From: Aeromonadaceae bacterium | GTDB taxonomy: Bacteria > Pseudomonadota > Gammaproteobacteria > Enterobacterales > Aeromonadaceae | Length of the DNA stretch: 45,540 nt | Reading direction: 5' to 3' | Assembly: GCA_051645725.1 (NCBI GenBank) | Contig: JBOFBS010000172.1 | Coordinates: forward strand, 1 to 45,540 | In this document: one piece after another, positions 38,741-45,540 of the stretch | Layout: each line of letters starts with the position of its first letter | How positions within the stretch are numbered: position 1 is the first letter of the stretch | Translations under genes and position numbers: made by a program | Notes under the pieces: generated by a model | Seen by the model: the letters and a program-made list of their open reading frames with translations, nothing else | What the model was told of the DNA's origin: nothing | Database searches by the model: none

Positions 38741-38785
38741 GGGCATTGGCCTTGTGGCGCCATTTTTGTCTTGGACAAACTGGGG

Positions 38786-40315
38786 CTATTTGAGCGTTAG
38801 CCAGTTGCTGGTGTCGAAGCGCAGCTGGCTGTGACTGTTGCTGGCCGGGGCCTCGGTAGCCGGGGCACCACTCAGTGTGATGGGGTAGCTGACGCCATCA
38901 AAGAGCAACTTGCTCCACTGCTGGAAGCCCGACTGCACCACCAGATTGTGCCACCCCTGAGTGGTATTCGGGGAGACCAGGATAGGCCCCTGCATCCCTT
39001 CGATGCGCCCCAGGAAACGGTAGCCATCCACTGATCCCTGGAAAAGCAGCCAGACGCAGCCGCTTTTGTCGCACCAGTTCATCTGCACCAGGGCGTCAGG
39101 GTAGTTGTCATCATTCAGATCGTAGGTGAGGTAGCGGTACTGGACGCCATCCGGGTTGCTCTTGTTGATGGTAAAGTAATCCAGCAGCGCCTGTTTCACG
39201 GCGCCATCTTCCTGAAAGCTGGCCTGCAACACGACCGGAGTGAAGGCTGCTCGCGTCGGGGTCTGGCTGCTGCTGGTGTGGGAGCTGCTTTGCGCCTGAG
39301 GGGCAATGGGCAGTGCCGGTGTGCCGGGGCGCAGTTGCAACGGCTCATCGAAGTAGGCTTGTGCACCATTGATCTTGCGATAGGTGGCCGTGAGCTGTTG
39401 TCCTTCACGGGTGAAGGGGATCTGTTCACTCACCCCCCAGCCATTGCGCTGGTTAAACAGCAGCTCCAGGCCATGAGCGGTCGGTTGCCAGACGCCTGTG
39501 TACTCCACCTTGGGGCCGCTGTCTGGGTAGTAGGTGAGGCTGGCCAGATGATCCACTGTCAGGCTCAGACCGACCTGGGCCTTCATCTGGGGTGAAACGC
39601 CATACCACTGCAAGGGGGGGAGGAGATCGGCCAGTGGGCGACCGCGCTCGCCGCAACCACTTAACAGGTTTTCACCCTGCTTGAGTTTGACCTCATAGCC
39701 CCAGATCTGGTTGGCCTGGTTTTCCTGACAGAGGGCCGGAGTGAAGGTGAGCTCGGCATCCTCCCCTTCCAGGCTGGTGAGGGCGAGCGTCAATACGCCA
39801 TTGCTCTCTTGATGGCTGGATTTGAGGGTATAGGTCTGGCTGCCCCCGGGTGTGCTGTAGAGGCCGGTTTCACCTTGCAGTGTCAGGTTCCACTCTGGCT
39901 CGTGGCCGAAGGCGCGAAAGGCGAAATTGGTATCCCGCTGGCAGCTTTGCAGCTCTGGGGTCAGCAGATCAACCTGGTTCAGGGTCAGGGCTATGGGGGC
40001 TCCGCGCTCTTGGGCCAGATCGAGCTTGCCCTCCACTTCGGCATAGAGTTGCTTGGGGCTACCCAGATCTTGCCAGCGTTGCCAGAAGCCGGGCTCGGCG
40101 TTGAAGCGCCAGCTCTGTTTGCTGTCACAGGGGGTGAAGCTTGCCTTGTCGCCTTGACCACTCAGTATGCCGCGAAACAGGGCGACACCGGGGCGGGTCA
40201 ATTCGTTAGCAAGCTGAGTCGTGGTTTCGACCGGTTCGGTGGGGGAAGAACTGCAGGCGGTCAGCCATAAGGGCAGGCTCAGACTCAGCAGCATGGCGCC
40301 ATAACGCAGGAACAT
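38786..40315 (-). CDS. Multi-domain lipoprotein (COG3650-like)
   Basis: Lipobox LTAC; FRAFGHEPEWNL...GCG pattern; C-terminal DLNDDNYPDALV...WCDKSGC module; start ATG 40315 after AAGGAG. Confidence 0.75.
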   Translation of the reverse strand: MFLRYGAMLLSLSLPLWLTACSSSPTEPVETTTQLANELTRPGVALFRGILSGQGDKASFTPCDSKQSWRFNAEPGFWQRWQDLGSPKQLYAEVEGKLDLAQERGAPIALTLNQVDLLTPELQSCQRDTNFAFRAFGHEPEWNLTLQGETGLYSTPGGSQTYTLKSSHQESNGVLTLALTSLEGEDAELTFTPALCQENQANQIWGYEVKLKQGENLLSGCGERGRPLADLLPPLQWYGVSPQMKAQVGLSLTVDHLASLTYYPDSGPKVEYTGVWQPTAHGLELLFNQRNGWGVSEQIPFTREGQQLTATYRKINGAQAYFDEPLQLRPGTPALPIAPQAQSSSHTSSSQTPTRAAFTPVVLQASFQEDGAVKQALLDYFTINKSNPDGVQYRYLTYDLNDDNYPDALVQMNWCDKSGCVWLLFQGSVDGYRFLGRIEGMQGPILVSPNTTQGWHNLVVQSGFQQWSKLLFDGVSYPITLSGAPATEAPASNSHSQLRFDTSNWLTLK

Positions 40316-40382
40316 GGCAACTCCTTGAATAGGTTGGGCCTTAGAAGATAGGCCATATACTACACAGTCTGCCTGAATCCTG

Positions 40383-40413
40383 AAAAAACGCCACCCGCGC
40401 CGAGTCGGGTGGC
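40383..40413 (-). terminator. Intrinsic terminator after yigL
   Basis: GCCACCCG-8 nt-CGGGTGGC followed by GTTTTTT on the minus strand. Confidence 0.8.
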
Positions 40414-40421
40414 AGGAGGGT

Positions 40422-41216
40422 TTACTCGCCAAACAGCTTGCCGAGATAGTCGGCTACGCCATCTTCATCACTGCTGAGGGTTTGTGGGTGGTTCGGCAGG
40501 GCGGCCTTCAGGCGCGAGTGGGCGTTGCCCATCACCACACCCTGACCCACCATGGAGAGCATCTCCAGATCATTCATGCCATCACCAAAGGCTATGGCTT
40601 CGCTGAGTTGAAAGCCGTTTTGCTCCAGTACCGCTTTTACCGCGTTGCCCTTGTTCACACCTTTCTGCATGGTTTCCAGGCAGGTGGGGGTAGAGAAGGC
40701 GATGCTCAAGCGGTCACCGTAGTAAGAGAGCAGACGATGCTCCAACTCCAGCAGGTCTTCATGCTCACCCACGTAGAAGATCTTGTTGATCTGCTCTTTC
40801 GGTAGCGCGACCAGGTCTGTTATCTGATAGCTGAAACCCGACTCCTGGTGATAAGCCAGCAGCTCGGGGCTTTCCGCCTCCACCAGCCAGCGATCACCCT
40901 GGTAGATGTGCAGGGCGATATCGGGCAGGCGCTCGATCTCCACCAGCTCTTGGGCCAGTTCCGGGGGTATGGTCTGGTTGTAGATGCAGTTGTCCTGCTT
41001 GTCGTGGACCACGGCACCATTAGCAGTGATGAGGTAGATCTCCAGTCCCAAGGCATCGCGAATACCACGCACATCCACATGATGACGACCGGTGGCGACT
41101 ATGAAGCGGATGCCGCGAGCCATCAGGCGGTGCAGGGTGCGACGGGTGTGCGGGGAGATCTGATGCTGGTTATTTAGCAGAGTACCATCGAGATCGGAGA
41201 CAACGACTTTATACAT
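40422..41216 (-). CDS. yigL: Cof-type HAD-IIB hydrolase
   Basis: SDLDGTLL, ATGRH, KG and FGDGMND motifs; pldB-yigL synteny. Confidence 0.9.
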   Translation of the reverse strand: MYKVVVSDLDGTLLNNQHQISPHTRRTLHRLMARGIRFIVATGRHHVDVRGIRDALGLEIYLITANGAVVHDKQDNCIYNQTIPPELAQELVEIERLPDIALHIYQGDRWLVEAESPELLAYHQESGFSYQITDLVALPKEQINKIFYVGEHEDLLELEHRLLSYYGDRLSIAFSTPTCLETMQKGVNKGNAVKAVLEQNGFQLSEAIAFGDGMNDLEMLSMVGQGVVMGNAHSRLKAALPNHPQTLSSDEDGVADYLGKLFGE

Positions 41217-41297
41217 AAGCCCTCAGAAACGCAGGATGCCAGAACTCAAGTCTAGCCCTATCAGCCGCGAACTGAAACAGCTTTCTTCATTCGAAAC

Positions 41298-42362
41298 TTA
41301 CGGGTTTCTTTTCAGGAAGTCGAGTGTTGCCGATATGGCCTGCATTCGAATCTCATCAGTTTCGTTAAGAAGTTCATGCTTGGCTCCGGCGATCACGCGG
41401 GGCTGGTTACCATCACAATTACGCTGAGCCGCCGCCATGTTCTGGCAAAACTCGTCCTGTCGATCGTTACGCACCACAGTGTCGGCCCCGGCCTGGAGCA
41501 GCAGCAGGGGCGTGGTGATGCGAGGGGCCAGGGTCATAGTCCGCTCAGTGGCACTCAGCGCTTGATTGAGCCAGCGAGCTGTCGGGCCGCCGAGCTGAAC
41601 TTCAGGGTAGTCGCGATATACCTGACGGAAGTGGGCATAGCGCAGGGGATCCTGGGTCAGTTCATTCTCGGCAAAGGGCAGTGGGTCGTAGCGCCCCTGG
41701 GTGGGGGCGTAAGGTGATTCCAGTCCGAGCAGCAGGGTTGCCCACTCCATCAGCCAGGTGATGAACTTGGCGAGCCAGGTAGGCATGGCACCCAACTGGA
41801 TGCCCAGCATGGGGGCACAGAGGACCGCAGCCTGGAAATCATCCGGATACTGGCTCAGGTAATCGAGGGCTATGGTGCCGCCCATGGAGTGGGCAAGCAG
41901 ATAGAGCTGGCTGGGGTGATCCGCCATCACGATCTGGTCATGGAACTGTTTCAGATCTGCCGTGTAGTCACTGAAGTGGTCTATGTAACCCTTGTGGGGG
42001 TCACTCAGCATGCGACCGGAGAAGCCTTGTCCCCTGTGGTCATAGAGGTAGACGCTGTAGCCCTGTTGATAGAGTTCATAGGCCAGCTCCTGATACTTGA
42101 TATAGCTCTCGATGCGGCCATTGACCAGTACTATGGCTCTATGGCTTTGCGGGTTGCGCAGGGCGACATAGCGGATGGGCAAGTTGCCAACGCCTGCAAA
42201 CTCGCCGGGTTGGGCGTGCTGTTGCCAGAACGGTGGCAGCAGTTGCTGATAGAAGTTCGGTAGTTCGGCAGCGGTGAGAAGGTGATAGGGGTTGTCCATG
42301 GCCAGGGCTCTACCAGTCAGGGAAAGAAAAAACAGCAAGCTCAGCAGGGCGCGAGCAAACAT
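41298..42362 (-). CDS. pldB: Lysophospholipase L2 (alpha/beta hydrolase)
   Basis: NGRIESYIKY, DHRGQGFSGR, AHSMGG and GAKHE. Confidence 0.9.
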   Translation of the reverse strand: MFARALLSLLFFLSLTGRALAMDNPYHLLTAAELPNFYQQLLPPFWQQHAQPGEFAGVGNLPIRYVALRNPQSHRAIVLVNGRIESYIKYQELAYELYQQGYSVYLYDHRGQGFSGRMLSDPHKGYIDHFSDYTADLKQFHDQIVMADHPSQLYLLAHSMGGTIALDYLSQYPDDFQAAVLCAPMLGIQLGAMPTWLAKFITWLMEWATLLLGLESPYAPTQGRYDPLPFAENELTQDPLRYAHFRQVYRDYPEVQLGGPTARWLNQALSATERTMTLAPRITTPLLLLQAGADTVVRNDRQDEFCQNMAAAQRNCDGNQPRVIAGAKHELLNETDEIRMQAISATLDFLKRNP

Positions 42363-42636
42363 GGAAACAGCCTCAAGGAGCATAGGTTTGAGACAGAATT
42401 ATAAAAGAAAAAATGCGATAGTCGTCATATTTCTTCTCATCCTGTATATGCCCTACTGGGCTAAGGGTTTATCCGGGGAACCCCTGTCATGACCCCGCCG
42501 CCTGCCAACCGCCCTCTTGGCTAGACGGGGCTGGTCGAGATATTGCTCAGATGTCTCTGGGTCAGAGGCCAAAGAGGGGGATGGCGTTACCCGTCCACGT
42601 GACGTGCCCATGCCGCGCATATGCCGGGAGCAGAGA

Positions 42637-43263
42637 TCAGCTCTGTTTTACCCATGCTGCCATTTGATGTGAATGAGTCGCGTCAGTTTCAGAGAGTAAA
42701 CCATCTACTACCCCCTGTTTATTGTCGGCGCTCTGGTTTTGACTGAGCTTGGCTTTACAAACCAGAGATTCGACTGTGATCTCCAGGCCGACAATCGCCG
42801 ATAATAAGTTATCTATGTACTCTTGTGGCGCATCGGAAACCGACCAGGGATGGCTGCGGTTGTACTCATGATGATTCGAAAGTCTCGACACCAGATCCAG
42901 GCACCAATCAGCATCATGGATAAAACGCAGCGCACCGTTTATATGTACCACGACGTAGTTCCATGTGGGCACAGCTTTGCCATCAACTTGCTTGCTAGGG
43001 TAATAACCGGGTGAGACATAACACTCTGGACCGCTAAAAATAACGAGCACGGCGTTTGGCATGCGTTGACACAGCGGATTGGCTTTAGCTATGTGCCCCT
43101 GGAGGATCAGTTTCTTCTCTCCATTTTCGGTTAACAGCAAGGGGATGTGATTTGCTTCGAGACCGGCATCGGAATACGACACCACAGTAGCCAAAGGGTA
43201 TGCAGTAATAATCTGTTTGATTTTATCGGGGTCATTTTCAGCAAAGATTTTTGGAATAAACAT
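42637..43263 (-). CDS. FMN-binding negative transcriptional regulator (PaiB family)
   Basis: MFIPKIF, ANHIP, GHIAKANP, VPTWNY and KAKLSQN; visibly AT-richer than neighbours. Confidence 0.9.
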   Translation of the reverse strand: MFIPKIFAENDPDKIKQIITAYPLATVVSYSDAGLEANHIPLLLTENGEKKLILQGHIAKANPLCQRMPNAVLVIFSGPECYVSPGYYPSKQVDGKAVPTWNYVVVHINGALRFIHDADWCLDLVSRLSNHHEYNRSHPWSVSDAPQEYIDNLLSAIVGLEITVESLVCKAKLSQNQSADNKQGVVDGLLSETDATHSHQMAAWVKQS

Positions 43264-43530
43264 CTGCAATCCTCTGGATGAGAAAAGAGTCACTCACTCT
43301 ACGGAAACCACGAAATAAACCGGCTGAAGAAAAGGTGACGGAAAAGTGCAACAAATGCAACGGACGAAAAATGCAACGGACACCCACTCTGCATTGCCCT
43401 GCTGCGATTACAGTTTGGTGAGGAATGGTGTATGGCCAGCATCAGGCTGTGCCACGGTACTACAATACAGAGTGGATGCCTTGTTCAGCTTCAGGTTGTC
43501 AATAATCCGTAATTAATTCGAACGGATCTG

Positions 43531-43563
43531 GTAGGTTGGTGCTGAGCGCCAGCGAAGGCCAAC
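43531..43563 (+). repeat. GTAG-family REP-like palindrome
   Basis: GTAG followed by GTTGGTGCT-GAGCGCCAGCGA-AGGCCAAC hairpin. Confidence 0.55.
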
Positions 43564-43847
43564 GTTTACCGAGGAGCTATTTTCTTTATTTTGTGCCATA
43601 TCGCGCACGCTGGTGGCAAATCCGGCGCTGTAGCCGTAGCGTCCGGCCTGCAGGTTATCGGTCTTAGCGGTAGCAGCCCAGTGGGGTCTTAATAGCCGAG
43701 TCCTGGGTGTTGCGCGCAGCGGTTTTTACGTCTGGCAATCCAGGCCAGGAAAAGGTTCTGCTCGCACTCAGGCGAATCCTTCGTTGTCCGTCACCTCGTT
43801 TCACTACCATGGCCGCTAATTGGTTTCGACTCGCCATGCCGCTTGAG

Positions 43848-44642
43848 TTAGAGCCCGGAGTGCGGCCTGTGGCGTCCTTGGGGGATCACCCAGGGGGTAC
43901 CGAAGATAGGATCAGCCACTACGGCGACGGGCTGGCCATAGGCCTGCTCAATGGCGGCAGCCTGCAGCACCTCACAGGCCGAGCCCTGTTGCAGGATCCT
44001 GCCCTGATGCAGCAGCACCAGCTGGTCGGCATAGCGGCTGGCCAGATTCAGATCGTGCAGCACCACCACCAGCGTCTTGCCCTGCAGCCGCAGGTCAATC
44101 AGCAGATCCATGATCTCGACCTGATGATTGAGATCCAGGTGGTTGATGGGCTCATCGAGCAGCAGCACATCGGCCTCCTGGGCCAGTACCATGGCGATCC
44201 AGGCCCGCTGCTGCTGGCCGCCGGAGAGCGACGACAGAGGGCGGCCGCTCAACGCCAGCAGCCCGGTCTGACTCAAGGCGCGCTGCACGGCTTGTTCATC
44301 TTCGACTTGCCACTGACGCAGTACAGCCTGATGGGGATAGCGTCCGTAGCGCACCAGATCAAACACACTCAGATCGGCAAACAGCTCGGGATACTGGGGC
44401 AGATAGGCCAGCCGCCGTGCTCGCTCCGCCGCTGGCCAGCTCGACAAGGGGCGTTGTTCGAAGAGGATGGCGCCCGACTGCGGCGGGATCTGCCCCGCCA
44501 GCGCCTTGAGCAGCGTCGATTTGCCACAGCCGTTGGCGCCCAGCAAGACCGTCAGTTGGCCCCGGGGCAAGGTCAGCGAAAACTGGCTCAGCACCGGGGT
44601 GGCGTCGTATCCCAGGGTTAACGCCTCACAGAGTAGCGGCAC
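43848..44642 (-). CDS. Iron-siderophore ABC transporter ATP-binding protein (FecE/FhuC family)
   Basis: GANGCGKST, LSGGQQQRAWIA, LLLDEP and VLHDLN; GTG 44642 after GAAGGA. Confidence 0.92.
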   Translation of the reverse strand: MPLLCEALTLGYDATPVLSQFSLTLPRGQLTVLLGANGCGKSTLLKALAGQIPPQSGAILFEQRPLSSWPAAERARRLAYLPQYPELFADLSVFDLVRYGRYPHQAVLRQWQVEDEQAVQRALSQTGLLALSGRPLSSLSGGQQQRAWIAMVLAQEADVLLLDEPINHLDLNHQVEIMDLLIDLRLQGKTLVVVLHDLNLASRYADQLVLLHQGRILQQGSACEVLQAAAIEQAYGQPVAVVADPIFGTPWVIPQGRHRPHSGL

Positions 44643-45540
44643 AGGTTTTTCCTTCTGAAGCGGGTAGAGAGAACAGACTCGGGATCTGCGAAAGCGCCAC
44701 CTCGGCGGCCAGAATGCCGTTGGCGGTATTCCAGATGACATCATCCAGGCTGCGCACCTGGCCGCGGCGCACCACCGACAGCTGCTGCCACGCCGGGTCG
44801 CTCATAAAGGCCTCGCGGTACTGCAAGGTGCTCTGTTGACGACGGGCACCATAGGTGAAGTAGAACAGACGATCGGCATCCAGCTCGGCGATACGCTCCC
44901 GGCTGAAGTTGTTGACGCCATAGGCGTGCACATTCTGGTTGGGTGGGCGCGTGAAGCCGAGCGCCGCAAACAGCTCGCCACTGAAAGAGTCCAATTGGTA
45001 GAGACGCACCTGGCCGGGATTAAAGCGCAGCACGCTGATCCGGCGCAGCGGCTGCTGCTGCAATGCCTGCCTGAGGCACAGGATCTGCCCCTGCAGTCGC
45101 GCCAGCCGCGCCTGCGCCGCCGCCTCTTGCCCCAATGCCCGGCTGAAGCTCAGAAAATTCTGCTGCCACCCTTTGCGGCTATCGCGAACCAGCACGGTTG
45201 GCGCGATGCGCTCCAGCGTCGAGAGCAGCCGCACCGATTGCTGCCGGTTGCCGAGGATGAGATCCGGCTGCAGGCTGGCAATCAGCTCCAGATTGGGGGC
45301 ATTCTCCAGCCCCACCACCATCACCCCCGACATCTGCGCGGCTATGTGCCGATACCAGGGGTTGCCATTGAGCGAACGTGTGGCCCCGACGGGTTTTAAC
45401 CCCAAGGCCAGCAGGGCTTCGGTGCTGTCGTTGCTCAGTGTGACCACGCGCAAGGGCGTCGCGGGCAAAAGGGCGGCGGAGTGAGGTGTGAAATTCGGTG
45501 CAGAGTGCGGTGCAGAGTTTGGTGCTGAGTAGTGTGGTGC
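44626..45540 (-). CDS. Iron-siderophore ABC substrate-binding protein (FhuD/FecB family); 5' end outside the window
   Basis: RVVTL, ALLALGLKPVG, PNLELIASLQPDLI and IAPTV; frame stays open to the right edge. Confidence 0.9.
   Translation of the reverse strand, partial: APHYSAPNSAPHSAPNFTPHSAALLPATPLRVVTLSNDSTEALLALGLKPVGATRSLNGNPWYRHIAAQMSGVMVVGLENAPNLELIASLQPDLILGNRQQSVRLLSTLERIAPTVLVRDSRKGWQQNFLSFSRALGQEAAAQARLARLQGQILCLRQALQQQPLRRISVLRFNPGQVRLYQLDSFSGELFAALGFTRPPNQNVHAYGVNNFSRERIAELDADRLFYFTYGARRQQSTLQYREAFMSDPAWQQLSVVRRGQVRSLDDVIWNTANGILAAEVALSQIPSLFSLPASEGKTCAATL

Noticed and set aside
43707-44621. 304-aa plus-strand ORF
   Set aside because: Antisense shadow of the ABC ATPase.

Overview
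Mostly core chromosomal DNA from a GC-rich gammaproteobacterium. Gene content and OmpA/pullulanase style suggest Aeromonas, which is my inference. Left to right: the 5' part of a pullulanase-type lipoprotein (missed by the ORF track); a TetR-MFP-RND efflux operon (vexRAB-like) with a perfect 22-bp operator; the Arg-His-Leu-Pro tRNA operon; PilZ, patatin and PAS-GGDEF-EAL-REC genes; kdpFABCDE (kdpF found by hand); ompA; gamma-carbonic anhydrase and a COG0523 GTPase; small accessory genes; uspA/yhiN; DUF134-rhodanese-modD; a 1677-aa hybrid kinase with a REC-GGDEF cyclase; ybaY; GST; a lipoprotein; yigL-pldB; an AT-richer paiB-like gene flanked by hairpin/REP-like sequences; and the 3' end of an iron-siderophore ABC operon. 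I found no integrase, transposase, prophage or CRISPR array. The best unannotated signals are: (1) a stand-alone ~200-nt transcript with CRP-like sites over its promoter, a 33-aa ORF, a C-rich 3' element and a terminator (candidate dual-function sRNA); (2) four dispersed ~130-140 bp inverted-repeat elements in two subtypes sharing one core motif; (3) a 53-aa, 64% Asp/Glu peptide upstream of an OGFr-like gene. All family assignments come from motif recognition; no database searches were run.
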